DNA of 64,000 nt from the human T2T-CHM13v2.0 reference genome, Homo sapiens. Below, piece by piece: positions 15,975-29,735 of this stretch. The stretch lies in assembly GCF_009914755.1 (NCBI RefSeq), contig NC_060935.1. One strand, given 5' to 3'. The notes beneath the pieces are model-generated. The model saw only the letters and a program-made list of their open reading frames with translations. It was not told the DNA's origin and did not search any database. The position numbers were made by a program, and so were the translations under genes. The stretch's first letter is position 1. Each line of letters begins with the position of its first letter.

Positions 15975-16135
15975 GTGCCAAGTACTTTATAGACATTATT
16001 TCATTTAGATTTCATAACCACACTGTGATGTAGAGATTGTTGCCCAGATTTACAGAGGAAGCCTGGAGAAATCAAAAGACAAACCAGTCTGGTAGTGAAT
16101 TTTGCCTGACTTCAAAGCCCATGCTCTTTCTTTGC
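15975..16135 (-). mobile_element. MIR fragment
   Basis: attatttcatttagatttcataaccacactgtg...tttacagaggaag. Confidence 0.65.
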
Positions 16136-17659
16136 CAGGATATTAATTTCGTTCACCCATTTTTGAGATTATTTTAATTTGTGTAAATTTTGTTTTTAGT
16201 AATTAAAATAAGAATTACTAAAGTTATTCAGGAATAAAATTCAATATGGTTTTGAAACATATTATTGGTCTGTATTTTAACCAGAAGTTGGAATGGTGAG
16301 TAGCTCTCATTTAGCAAGACACTAGGTTTTGCCAACATTTATGCTGTAGGGAATAGGATCTAAGATTTTATGATCATCAAATTATTAACTCTAAATCTGG
16401 CCTCTTTACTTCAACCTCTACATTATTACTGTAACTTATTTTTGCAACACAGCTCTTTAAAAAAATCACTCATTGTGCTTGAATTAATAATCATGGCTTT
16501 AAGTAAAATGAATAATTATTCATTACCTACTCACTACTATCTTCAAACAGAATTTCCCTCAACAAGTTAGTAAGTCTCTTGTCTCCAGGCCCTTTGGCTC
16601 TTGGGCAGCAGTCTATCAGTTATATCCTCAATTTCCTAGTGGAAGAAATATTTAAAGTCCTAGGACAGTTAATGATCCATGCCAAATCATTAGAGAAAGC
16701 AATAGAACCCATTTACACTTGTAGTCAAATTTGAAAGAAGACACTAACAAAGAGATATTTATGACTTCTCCAGAATATAGCTCAAGTCTCACAAACCAAT
16801 TCTTTAATAGAATTCTCTCCCTCTGCCCTTTTTAAATAATTAGTGACTTTAACTCAATGGAATATTAAAATTTGATCACTGGTTACTGTAGCAATTTGAG
16901 AACAAATTGAAAATCATTAATCCCACAGATAAAAATGTCAGTTGTCTTGGGTGTAGAGACATTCCAGTGAAATATGTTATTAAAATTATTAGATATGTTT
17001 TAATATTTGAGATACCTATATTTCTATCTATTTTTCTGTCATCTATGTTAGAATAAGCCTGGCACTATTGAAACTATCACTAATTTTAAAGTAGATATAC
17101 TTTATGCTCTTCATCACTTTGTTTTATCAAACACCTCTAAGATCACTAGTACTTTATAGAAGTTAATATAACCATAGTTTTTTCCTTCAGAAGTTGAGTT
17201 ATTTGAGTTTTCTAAGGCACTTTGGACTGGATCCTAATGAACACACAGTACAAAATATAAGTTAGAAAATGAAAGTCTAGTTTTTGATACCACATATTAC
17301 TATAAAATATTTTAAATTTAGTTTTATCATTTTAACAATCCATTTAAAAATCATCTTGGTTGACTTTACTCATACTACTTGCTGAAGACTAAAAATTGTG
17401 TAAATTTAGACAGCATATACCTCTATGGGTATGGTGAATCTGTGATATGATTAGCCATAAAAATTAAACTCAGAGATTTGCCACTGAAAATAGTGAAATT
17501 GTCAGGATTGACTATCAATACTCATTGCTTTTGCTTTGCTGAACTTCCCACTTTTTAAAGATGAATTCAGAAAAGAAATTGGCATAATCATTGATACAAT
17601 GTCAATCTCTGCACTCTACAATGCAGAATGCATTTTTAAAAGTGCACATACATTATTAC

Positions 17660-17840
17660 ATGGAGTGGTGTAGTAGAAAGAGAAACAGGCTTAGAATCAA
17701 GAGATGTTGGTCCTGTTTTGCCACTGTATGACTTACAATGCAATTTTGAAAAAGCTGCTTTACCTCTCTAGAGTTTATCTTTCTTATATATAACGTGATA
17801 AGATTGATCTTTCCTATGCATAAAATGGTAAGATTGATCT
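17660..17840 (+). mobile_element. MIR fragment
   Basis: gtggtgtagtagaaagag...ttagaatcaagaga. Confidence 0.65.
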
Positions 17841-17980
17841 CAATATTAGTGTTCTAACTAAATAATTATGACCCGATCTAAAATACCTTGAAATATTCAA
17901 ATAACTCAACCTCTAAGAAATTGTGGTTATGTTGCTTCCTTTAAGGCACTGGTGACCCAATAAATATTTATTTCCAAGTA

Positions 17981-18541
17981 CAGTGGATCCTTATTGTTCA
18001 TGGATTCTATGTTTAAGTTGTCTGCTCACTAATATTTACTTGTATGCCCAATATTAATACATGCATTGCCTTCATGGTTATTCATGGACATGCACAGTGT
18101 GGCAAAAAATTTGTCACCCAATGCGTATGTTCCAAGCTGAGGTCAAGTAAAGCAATGAGCTGCCTTACTGTTTAAGTTCTCATGCTATAAATAAGTGTCC
18201 CTTTTGCAGTCTATTTAGTACAATGGTTTTTGCATTTTTGTACTTTTTGCTAGTGATTTTACTGTTTAAAATGGCCCCAAAGAATAATGCTGAAGTTCTA
18301 TCTAATGCTTCTAAGTCTAAGTAGGCTGTGATGTGCCTTATGAAGAAAACACATGTGTTAGATTAGCTTTGCTGAGGCATGAGGTATGATGCTGTTGCTA
18401 TTTCAATGTAAATGAATGGAAAATATGTATTAAATAAGGTGTCTTTAGATGGAAACCCACACACAAAACAGTTATGTATTAACAGGTTACTGAGTATGTT
18501 ATGACCAGAGACTAATAAGAACAGTATTTCCCCTAGTAGCA
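17981..18541 (-). mobile_element. MER82-like TcMar-Tigger DNA transposon, one end missing
   Basis: TA|cagtggatccttattgttcatggattct terminus; ctgtttaaaatggcccca...gctgtgatgtgccttatg; gtatttcccctagtagca. Confidence 0.75.
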
Positions 18542-19661
18542 TCCAATAAGTTCTTTCTAAAAATAATCTCTCTGAAGAAAATCTTTAGGAAACTTATAAG
18601 AGAATTTTATTTTAATACAATGTTTCAAGTGCTCACCAAGGTATTTGGTGTGACAATCACATTGTAAGGTACAGCTAAATATTTAGGATTCCATCATGTC
18701 TTTTCTATTAAGAATACTCCTCTCTGCTATATCTAAACATTGTCATCATTTTCCAACTTATTTCCACTTGAGCAGTATCTGGGCAGTTCAAGATTTCATT
18801 AGATGTTATAACTGTCTTCAAAAACATGATTTTGCAGGGTCCCTCACTTCCTATCACCCAATAAAACACTTACTTCCTTTGAGTGCACATTCAGCCTGCT
18901 CAGTATTCTATCTCTGGGAATGAAACAGCATCATTTTGACAGAAGCATATCTGAACATCTTAATAGACTGCAGAAAATGCTTAGGAAATGGGATATAGGT
19001 GTGGGAGCAATATAATTTCAAAGAATGCACTTGCTTTTCCAATAAAAAACTGAACACCTGTGATCTGTGGAAAATTTGATAAACAGATATAAGAGAAAGG
19101 GTGGGAAAAAAAGGTTGCTCTTGATATTTCACTCCTTGCTAACAGCAGATTGCTAAAGTTACCACTTTCAAATTTTGCAGCTCTTGAAACTCTATTTCAA
19201 ACTCACACAGGCAATGGGTTTTATATTATATTGCAACTATAAGTTAAATAGAAAGATATGCATCATATTTCACATAGTGTAATCTGTGTGTGGTAGAAAA
19301 ATGCATTGGGATATTAATTTGCCTTTTCTTGTCACTGCTGTAAATAATTTACAGTTCTGTGTCTTAGAAGATAGCAATGTTTTTGTCTTCCCTTTTCCCA
19401 GAAATGGGAAAAAATGCAAGTGTACTCAAAAGATCAGTTGCAATCTGGACTTTTTTTTCAAAAATCGAGGCTCATAAGAGAATATGGAATTAGATGATCT
19501 GAGAGAAGAGATTTCAGGGTTGGGAAAGGTAGTGAATTAGCTTTTGGAGAAGGGTATTGAGAGAGTTTTTCCAGCGAATAGTAGAGTTGGAGTCTAGGAA
19601 GTTCACAAGCAATGGTGAAACGGTGTGTTGCTCCATCTTCTACAGCCAGGGAGATGGCAGC

Positions 19662-20049
19662 TGCTATGGTTTTGGATTTGTGTCCCTACTGAAATCTCAG
19701 GTTTAATTGTAATCCCCGCTGTTGAGGATGAGGGGGGCCTGGTGGGAGGTGATTGGATCATGGGGACAGACTTCCCCCTTGCAGTTCTTATAACAGTGAG
19801 TGATTTCTCATGAAATCTGGTTGTTTAAAAGTGTAGCACCTCCTCCTTCTCTCTCTCCTTCCTGCTCTGGCCATATAGGATGTGTCTGTTTCCCCTTCAC
19901 TTTCTACAATAATTGTAAGTTTCCTGAGGCCTCCCAAGCCATGCTTTCAGTATAGCCTGCAGAACCTTCAGCCAATTAAACCTCTTTTCTTTTTAAATTA
20001 CCCAGTCTCAGGTAGTTCTTTATAGCAATGTGAGAATGCACTAATAAAG
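19662..20049 (+). mobile_element. MSTA-like MaLR solo LTR
   Basis: tgctatggttttggatttgtgtccct...gccaattaaacctcttttc...ctttatagcaatgtgagaatgcactaata. Confidence 0.9.
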
Positions 20050-20409
20050 TGGGTCTCAGATAAAAATGATAGCAAGATATACCTGTAGTGGTCAGGGACT
20101 AGAGACTGCAGCCCTTGGAATCAGCCAAAATCTAAATGCCCCTTTGATGGAGGCAGACAAAGGATAGGTAACAGTGGTGACTAGTATATACTGCAGACCC
20201 AAAGGCTATTCTTCAAATGCTCTTTAAGTACTGTGATTCTTTCAGGACCCTAGGTTTCCCATAAAAACATGAATTTCAATTTTATTTTTATCAGGTAGGG
20301 AAGGGTCCTACCTGATAGGTCACTGATATGATTTTTACAAGAAAAATAAAATTATGTTTCTTGTACTGTATCATAGACTAGATCTTGCACTGGATCACAG
20401 ACATAGATC

Positions 20410-20615
20410 ATAGCCATATGTCAGCTCATGTAACCCTCATAACAACTCTAGGGTATAGGTATTATTAAACCCATTTTAAAGATAATAAAAGTGAGGCACA
20501 GAAAGGTCAAATACCTTGCCTAATGTCACAGAGCATGGAGGTGGCAGAGCTGGTATTTGAACCCAAGCAGCCTGACCTGACACTGTGCTCTGGACTACAC
20601 CACTATTCTGCCTAT
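20410..20615 (-). mobile_element. MIR SINE
   Basis: cccattttaaagat...gtgaggcacagaaaggtcaaataccttgcctaatgtcacag...atttgaaccca. Confidence 0.85.
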
Positions 20616-21180
20616 CCTGTCATGTTCATGTCAGGCCACATAACTCTTTAAAGTGGACTGCTACAAATAATTATTGTGCACATATATTATCTTCCTTTAG
20701 CTTTTTAAAGTCTGGCATGCTTCTTATTCTTTATATTTCCCAAAGTGCCTGATACTGACCCTGGAAAAACATCACTCACATGAATGTGTAAAAATCAAAC
20801 TTGCTCACAAAACAGGTCTGAATATATATATATGTGCAGATAATGACACACACACACGTATTTATATATGTATACAGGTATATATGTATATATAGTCTTT
20901 AAAACATAGATGGTCAGGACTGATCAGTTTAAATGCAATAGATGTGCATTTTAAATGCCTATATGCAATAACATATCAAAATACATTCTCAACAGAGAAT
21001 GCATTAATATTTTTCAATATCTTTTCTTCATTACTTCAGAATATATAATAAAAATGGTAATTAGATGGATTTTTTTTAAAACTGCAGGTAGTAAACTGGT
21101 TCTAGAATTTATTCTGAATGGTATTACAGAACTATTGTGAGCCAGGAATATATGACTTTTAAGGAACATGCCATAACTAA

Positions 21181-21639
21181 TGCAGTGGACTCTGTTGTGC
21201 ACACCCAGATCCCTCTTCAGATCTGAAGAACTTATGCCCCCAGCTGCTAGAAACGCTGCCCACTGCCGAATGGTTTTCAGCCCTCGACAGAAATTAGTCT
21301 CAGCTAGGGAGAAAAAAAAAAGAGAAATACATCAAGCTAAGATGTGTCTGTTTCTTCAGAGGCAGCCTGCAACTGATGACTGGTCAATATGGGAATATAA
21401 AGGTCCACCTCTTTCTTTTTCACAACTTGGGAATACTCTGGTGGGCCATCGTAACTTTCAAGCTCCCTGTGCAGAACAGTTGTGGCTTTCTTGGTATCAA
21501 AGCCCAACTTCTACATCGGCCCAATCCCGCTTTTTTCCCTTTTCCTTCACAAGTGTTGATCCTGAGAGCCTTCCAAATAAAGTTCTTCCTGCCATTCTTC
21601 GTGTCAGCATCTGCTTCTTGTGGAAATCAAGCTGTGACA
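21181..21639 (+). mobile_element. LTR16-like ERVL solo LTR
   Basis: TG...CA ends, flanks actaa/tctaa, TATAAA-like element at ~21396, AATAAA at ~21576, gtgttgatcctgagagc motif. Confidence 0.8.
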
Positions 21640-21889
21640 TCTAATGCATCCAAATGCATGCTACATGCTAAACTGACATCACACTTGTTTCTCTGTAGGA
21701 ATACTTAATACATTTTCTTCCAGTTTGTAGCATTTATGTGGCTTAACCTAATAGAAGCAGATAAGTCATGTCCACAGATTCAAGCTGATCTTGCCCTGCT
21801 GTAATTTACAACATTAAAATGAGAAGATCTCTTTCTAGCTAATCATTAGATCCTCATATGATAGTATCCATGGATTGCAACTGTAGAAG

Positions 21890-22100
21890 CTAAAATTGGG
21901 TGCTGATAAGGTGTCAGGTGCTGTGCCAAATGCTTTGCATGTATTATTTTATTTAAGCCTCATAATGACCGTATGAGGTAAATACTATTTTTATTTCATT
22001 TTACAGTGACGCTTACTGTAGTAGTTAAATAACTTTCTCAAGGTTGCAGTATGACACGGCATTCTGTCTACAGCCTCTTAATACTACTATATTGCCTCAC
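21890..22100 (-). mobile_element. MIR SINE
   Basis: gtgctgtgccaaatgctttgcatgtatt...tatgaggtaaatactatt...ttttacag. Confidence 0.8.
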
Positions 22101-23249
22101 CTATATACATAATGACAAAGAGCTATAAAGAATTCAGTAATGCATTTAAATTACTTTCTATTTTATTCACCATAAAAAAAAATAGCACCTGAATTCATTT
22201 GAAATATAGTAATTCAATAAGTGCTATTTTTATTCAGCCAGCAGACAATTTTTGGAGGCCATATGCAGTTGCAAATTCTTTCAAAAACTCTGTACCTCTC
22301 ACAGAGTCCTCTACTCCCGACTCAATAGTTAGTGACCATTGCCCTCAACAGTTTACATACCCCTCCCATTTGGTGCTCCTGGTGCTTAATGTTACACATT
22401 CTCCCTTTGTACACCTAAAAAAGATACATACAAAGTAGAAAAAAGCCAAAAAAAAAAAAAGGCAAGAAAGAAAAAAGTTCAAAAGCAGCAAATATTATTA
22501 CACTGAAAAACAGTAGCCCACAGAAGCAATTAGAAAATTTTGGTACAGTGTGTGCAGATTCTAAAACTTACTACCATTATTGCTCATTGACAGACATTTT
22601 GTGGAAAGAAGGTGAGTATTCCAAATCTTGAGGCTTTCACTGGTATCTCTAATTTGACAAAAAGTAGACTAAAGGATACGTAGGAATGTAGAAAAAAACA
22701 GGCTAGGCAAATTCTTAAGAGTAAATGCCATGCTGGATGAGTGAGCAGGAGCAAGAACAGAATTTTCCAAAGTTACATTTTGATGTGAATGAATTGACTG
22801 AAGGCTTAGGGTATTCTACCAGAAAAATAGGATATACCTTCAACCAAGTGAAATGAAACGATAGTACAGGATATTTGAGAACATATCAGAAGAAAAAGCA
22901 AATAATGAATGTTTTAGTTTCTTGTCAAAGCAAACTGCAATATAAGGAACTAATAAGTTGTTACCCTTCTCTTTCCATGCTTGTACTCTAAGGTTAAAAA
23001 AAAAAGAAAAGAAAAAAGAAAGAGAGAATGGAAGAAAGAAAGAAAGGAGGGAGGGAGGGAAAAAGGAAGGAAAAGAAATCACTTTGGTGCAATAGCTCGG
23101 CTAGTTAGGAGTTCAGGGAACATGCGGGTGGTGGGAAGAATAGTCTTTGAGTTGACTGGAAGAGGATCAAAGCTAATTTATCTATATTATATTAGAGCAA
23201 ACAGAAGATCTTGGCAAAGCTACCCATGGCAAGCACAAATAAATGAAAA

Positions 23250-24334
23250 TGAACACAACTGAATTAATATAAATTTTATATTGTAACAAAATGAAGAACC
23301 AAGTCTGGAAGAAAGAATAATTCAAGTGAAATAAGAATATTCTCTTTGAATGTACTAAGCTATCAAAGAACACAATAAAATACACACATAATAAAAAGTA
23401 GCTCAAAAACGAAACTATTAACAATATTCAATTAAAAGAAAAATTACAGAGCCAATAAATGAATTATAAACACCAAACAATTTACTATTAAAGAAGAAAG
23501 ATTTGAGTTAATAATATGCAGAGCAAATTGGAGAAGAGAACAAAACAGTTAGAATATACTATACAGGTAAGATAGAAAAAGAAAAATCATTGGGAAATTT
23601 GTGTTCCTCAGAGAACCTAACAAGTAGAATAAAAAGCATATTCAAAGTTAAAAGGTCCAGTGTGGTCAGGCAAATCCAAAAAAAATGATCAACATAAGAT
23701 ATATTCTGATTAAATTTTTCAACATCTAAAAGTAAAAAAGATTACCTCAAATACACAGGCAGGATTTAAAAAAAAACACAAAATATAACAGTCAAAAAAA
23801 TCAAGCCACATTTACTCTATAGCAATATTCAATGCCAGAGACAATAAATTCAAATGTTCAGAGCTGTGACCCAAAGCTAATTATCAAGGGAGGTGATATT
23901 CAAGTATAGAAGTTTCTGGCAGAAATTTTTAATAATGAGTAAACACAAGGTATAAAGTCCTCAAGAGTTGTTCTTGGGAAAAAAGAAACTCTAGAACTAT
24001 AATTTTTGAGTTTGGAAAACTAAAATATGAGTAGAAAATTTCTAATAAAACTATTAATGAAGCAGGAACAGTTAAGAAAAGTATATAAAGTCCAAAGGGA
24101 AATAAAAATGACTCAAGTATTTCATATCCAGACTCATATTTCTTGGAGTAGAAAAACAACTCACAAATATTCTTAGACATTAAGAAGCAAATAAAGGAAT
24201 GCAATGTCTCTGAACTTTTATAAAATGTCTTTCAATGCAATGCAATAAAATGCAGCAAACCAAGAACTGAATCAAAATAAAGAATCCAGAAATGGAGAAA
24301 CATAGTAAGGTACTGGAAGTAAGCAGTGGGTCCA
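23250..24334 (+). mobile_element. Highly decayed HAL1/L1M ORF1-like relic
   Basis: Strong A-rich strand bias; gcaatattcaatgccagagacaat resembles the ORF1 'ARRQW' coding region. Confidence 0.45.
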
Positions 24335-24715
24335 TGTATTAGTCTGTTCTCACATTGCTATAAAGAACTACCTGAGAATGAGTAATTTATAAAGAAAAGT
24401 GATTTAATTGACTCACAGTTCCACAGGCTGTACAGGAAGCATGGCTTGGGAGGCCTCAGGAAATTTACAATCATGGCTGAAGGTGAAGGGGAAGCAGGAA
24501 ACGTCTTACATGGACAGAACAAGAGAATGAGAGATCAGAGGGAGGTGCTACACACTTTTAAACAACCGGATCTCATGAGAACTCACTATCACAAGAACAG
24601 CAAGAGGGAAATCCACCCCCATGATCCAGTCACCTCCTACCAGGTCCCTCCTCCTACATTGGGGATTAAAATTTGATATGAGATTTGGGGGGAAACACAA
24701 ATCCAAACCATATAA
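24335..24715 (-). mobile_element. MSTA-like MaLR solo LTR
   Basis: tgtattagtctgttctcacattgctataaag...acaaatccaaaccatataa; TSD gtcca/atcca. Confidence 0.92.
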
Positions 24716-24764
24716 ATCCACTTAAAGATAAAAATAAACCCAAACAACTGTGGAACTATGGCTA

Positions 24765-25000
24765 TTCTACAGAAATTAAGAGTTCAAACTCTGATAACAG
24801 ATTGAAATGGGTTTAAAATGTGGCTCCATTGCTTATTAAATGTATGTTGGACAATTACTCAACCACTTGGTATCTCAGTTCTCTTATCTGTAAGATGGGA
24901 AAATAATACTTGCCTGAAAGGATCCTGGTGAATATTAAATTACATGATAAATATAAGAAGCCTGAACAAGCCAAGAAATATAATATGTTGTAAGCCAAAA
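24765..25000 (+). mobile_element. MIR SINE
   Basis: tctcagttctcttatctgtaagatgggaaaataatac core. Confidence 0.75.
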
Positions 25001-25021
25001 ATGAGTATGGGCCAGCTCTCA

Positions 25022-25353
<332 letters not shown>

Positions 25354-25724
25354 AAGAAAAAGAAGGAAGGAAAGAACAAAGAAATTTAAAAAAAGAAGGG
25401 AGGGAGAAAGGAAGGCAGGCAAGCAGCCTTAGAGTAATGATTGGAATCTGCAGATTTCAATAAATGTCAGCCATTATGTTTTTATATAAAATAATGTAAA
25501 TATTACCAATTTTGACAGAACAAACATGCTAATATAAATAACCAATATAAGAAAGTAAAGGAAAATGGAGGAATGAGAAATGTAAATACAAATTTTTCCT
25601 ATTCTTCATAGAATGCAGGAATTTGGTACTATTTAAACTTGAAGTCTTGAATTCAAAAAAATGATTTGCCACATCTTATTTTTCACAATATTTTACTTAC
25701 CTTCAGAAAAATCTATTCATAACA

Positions 25725-25875
25725 AATATATATATTTGTTTTATAAATATCTGTGTATATATGTGTATACATACATATATTTATGTGTGTGTATATATAC
25801 ACATATAAGTTACACTTATATAAATATATGTATATATACACACGTATGTAAATATAAACATATTTACATATATGT
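25725..25875. repeat. (TA)/(TG)/(CA) mixed microsatellite
   Basis: Read directly from the sequence. Confidence 0.85.
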
Positions 25876-26230
25876 TTTCGGAAGAAATGATTATTGGATG
25901 CTCAACTGTTTATTTTCATTTGAGTTTGTTTTTATTATAATAAAATTAATTCAATACATTTCATTTAAAATAGAATATATTTCTGGATGCCATTTTATAA
26001 AAATCATTTTCATTCATTTATCTACCCATTCATTCTTTTGTTTATCTGTAGACAAAAATATGTATCTGCTATTATGCTCACCTAATAGTTTTGGTGTTTA
26101 TCTTTGGGTGGTTAGATTTTTGTTTTCTCCTGTATTGCTTGAAGTTTTCTTAAAAATAGTAATTGTGTATCATTTTTATACAAATAATAAAGCTTTTTTA
26201 TGGAGAATGTTTTTTAAAAGACCCACTACA

Positions 26231-26754
26231 TGAAAAAAAGGCTATTTATTCAGTTTGCTATAGCAAAGGAGTCAGCCACCATCACTTGTATTTTGGCAGA
26301 GATTCAAAGGCAGGCAAGAGTAACAAGAAAGCTTTATAGTGGAATAGAGGGAAGACTTCAGGTGTGTCCTGATTAGGAGCTGTTGTCAGGAACAGCCCCT
26401 AATCCTAATCTCTTATCCTGATGAAGGTAGCGTAACTAGAAGTGGGACTTCCTATGTAATTGCTTAGGGAGTACATATTTGGCTTTCTGTAGCTGGTCTT
26501 AAACTTGAAACAGGGAATAAATTAGGTAAACTGCCAGTTAATTATTACAGGAGTTACTATTTGGCTTTCAGGTCTGGTTGTTAGAGACAGTGGTCTGACT
26601 TCTTGTAAGTCTGACTTCTAGAGAGTAGGCAGGCTTCCTGGGCTGGTTACTATAGATAATGGGTTGGTTTCCTGGGCTGGGTGCTCATATTGTGGGTCAG
26701 AGCTCCATTTTTTTATGTTTGGCCATTGTCTGTTTGTATATTTTTTTTCTCTCA
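26231..26754 (-). mobile_element. ERV1-class solo LTR (MER90-like)
   Basis: Minus strand starts TGAGAGA..ATATACAAACAGACAATGGCCA...GCTCTGACCCACAA and ends near AATAAA...CA. Confidence 0.6.
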
Positions 26755-26904
26755 CTTAAAACAAAAGATAAAAATTACAACAAATCAAATTATAAATTAT
26801 GTGAAATATTCTTAAACTATTCTTGAGGTATTCTTGAGGAGCTTCAGAGATTGGCACAGTGATGGGAGGACCAATTAGTTCAAACTCACTATTTTCTTTT
26901 CCAT

Positions 26905-26913
26905 TATATATGG

Positions 26914-26944
<31 letters not shown>

Positions 26945-27087
26945 GCCATATATATACACATAGATACATATACCCATATACATACACATATACATATTTG
27001 TGTGTGTGTGTATATATATATACACACACACACACAAACATATATACACATATACATACATATATACATACACACACACACACACAC
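26905..27087. repeat. Compound (TG)n(TA)n(CA)n microsatellite
   Basis: Read directly; self-complementary block at 26997-27038. Confidence 0.9.
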
Positions 27088-27894
27088 GGCTCTTTCTAAG
27101 CTTTTGGGCCCTTCCTACAACTGTGATTAAGAAAACACTTTGATTACAAAAGTTGGAGAACACTTAATAATGTCTTATTCATCTGACTTATTCCTAGAAA
27201 ACACTGCAATTTGACATAGGTATCAACACCATATGAAGTATAGTGAGATGGCTCCGTACTTGTTGTGTGACTTGGGACAGTTGACTAAACCTCATTTATT
27301 TTCTTCATCTTAAAATGGGAAAAATAATAAATAATAAACAATGTTAACACCTGCTTTTTAAGAATAAAGAGCTAATCTCAGAAACAAATTTAAGCCTTTT
27401 AACCTGAAAATACTGTCCAAGGAAATTATTAGTAAATATATTTTTAATTTAATATATATGATTTGATTTCTAATTTGAATAGCTTTGTTGTTATACAAAA
27501 AGTAAGTGATCTGCCCTCAATACTCTGGCTATGCTTATGCTTATTTTAATCTATATTATATTTGATTTGATCATGATGAGATTATTTCTATTTTCATTGA
27601 AAAGCACAAATTAAAATAGCTTTGATTCTTATCAAAACTGGATGCTGATTTTATGTAAAAACAGTTTTTCTTCTAAGTGACTTATTTCTCCTATTTTCTT
27701 TAACTTCAGATGGCATTTCATGCCCATACTACAACTCATCAAATTTATTTATTTATTTCAGCAATGGAGCTACATTCTAGAGTTAATTTATCTTCAGCAT
27801 CTTTAAGTAACCCCAGAAATATATAAAAGTTGGAACCAGTTATAAATATTTTATTTCTTTCTACATAAACTTAACCTAATCAGTCAGAAAGTTT

Positions 27895-28110
27895 GTGGGT
27901 TGTAGAGGTTAACACATAGAGTTTAGGGTTAAAGAGACCTAAAGTCTGATTTTGCTCTTAATTCTTTTGTATGACCTTGGAGCTGTTACCTATTTAACTG
28001 ATATTTGTCTCAGATTTTTAAATCTTAAAATGGGGGATAATAATACCCTTTGCTTGGATAATGTCATTAGAGGTGTCTAGTCTAACTAACAAATGCTATA
28101 CAGTTTCCTC
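27895..28110 (+). mobile_element. MIR SINE
   Basis: tgtatgaccttgg...ctcagattttt...taaaatgggggataataatacc. Confidence 0.75.
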
Positions 28111-28727
28111 TGTAATTACATGATGTAGTTGCTTTGAGAAAAAGGTTACTGTGTCTCCCCCATCAATTAAGATCATCAGTCACACTTGATTAATTCAGGG
28201 CATTTTAATACACTCAGCAGCTGATATATTTACAAAGGCAGCACCTACATACCAAGGGTTTGTGCTGCATTGGGCAATAGTAAAACGCATCAGTCAGTAG
28301 GCTGTCAATACTTGAAGGCGTTTTTATCCAATCAAATGTCTCTTATTACCACACAGGGGATTGGATTCTAAAAATCTAAGAACATTCATTTGTCTGTTTA
28401 ATGCTTCTAAACCTAGAATTAGATTAAAATCATTTTTGTTTTAAAAATCACTATACCTGATTATGAATGATTTTATTTCCTTTGTTATATGATTCTCTAT
28501 TCCAAACATTATGCAATAAACATATTTACTTTTATTATTAAAATAGTATCATAGGAAAAAAGGGAAAACGTCACTACATTGAGTATTATGACACAAAATT
28601 CTTGTATTTAGATTGCTACTCTCCACAAAACAGAGCTTCATTTTACAATGACAGACCCCTTTATCCTGAGATAGGAAAGGGGGAAAAAGCTAGACAAGTA
28701 ATTGCCACAAAATGGTATTAAGATTCA

Positions 28728-29035
<308 letters not shown>

Positions 29036-29339
29036 TCAGAGTTGTAAACAATGACTTAAGCCAGGTAAAGTTGTCCATGAGGCAAAATATTATGTATAAA
29101 GTCACTTTATTTTTCTTTATTATAAATGAATTCATTTATTCTGTTCTTTTTATACCTTCCTATTTGGCTATTTTTTGTAATGAGTATATTACAAAATTAG
29201 TTGATTGCCATTCATTAATCAAGATAAAATTCATTCTCAATCTATGTTGCTTACCAAGAGCCCCATTAGCCACTGCTGTGATCCAGTTTCAATTTCAAAA
29301 AATTGGCTGACATTGACATTGTAGGGTGTCTGCTCAGTT

Positions 29340-29735
29340 TAAAAAACTCCCTTTCTTTTAGAATGTCTACTCTCACTTGTCCAACCTCCTTCTTGATAGG
29401 TGATTGGAACAAGGGTCAAATATCCTGTCTTGGAATTTGATATTGATTCACAGAAAGCCACATAGTTCGTTCTTGTGACTAGAGCAGAGATGGTATAAAC
29501 TCTGGGTCAGTGGGATGGCATACTCCACTTTGAAATTCTGTGGGAAGCATGGAGGAAGATTGAGAGAGAGAGAAAGAGAGAGATAGAAGGCTGAGCATAC
29601 TGTTCTCTGGGTTCTTGATTCTTTGGCAGTCCCTGAGGCCTGCTCCTTCTGGGGTTCTTGTACATTTTTCCCTCAGTCTCTTGGTCTCCGTTGAATTGTC
29701 CTTCTCCTTTTATGACTCAAACTAACCTTAATCAT
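29340..29735 (+). mobile_element. Ancient MaLR LTR (MLT1K/L-like)
   Basis: Internal GA-run followed by gttcttgatt...cagtccctgaggcc; ends aactaaccttaatca. Confidence 0.45.

Noticed and set aside
21180-21708. 154-aa and 110-aa overlapping ORFs
   Set aside because: They lie within an LTR16-like solo LTR and show no protein motif.
25661-27163. ORFs of 190, 135 and 61-70 aa rich in Y/I/C/V/H/T
   Set aside because: They are translations of (TA)/(TG)/(CA) microsatellites and AT-rich low-complexity DNA.
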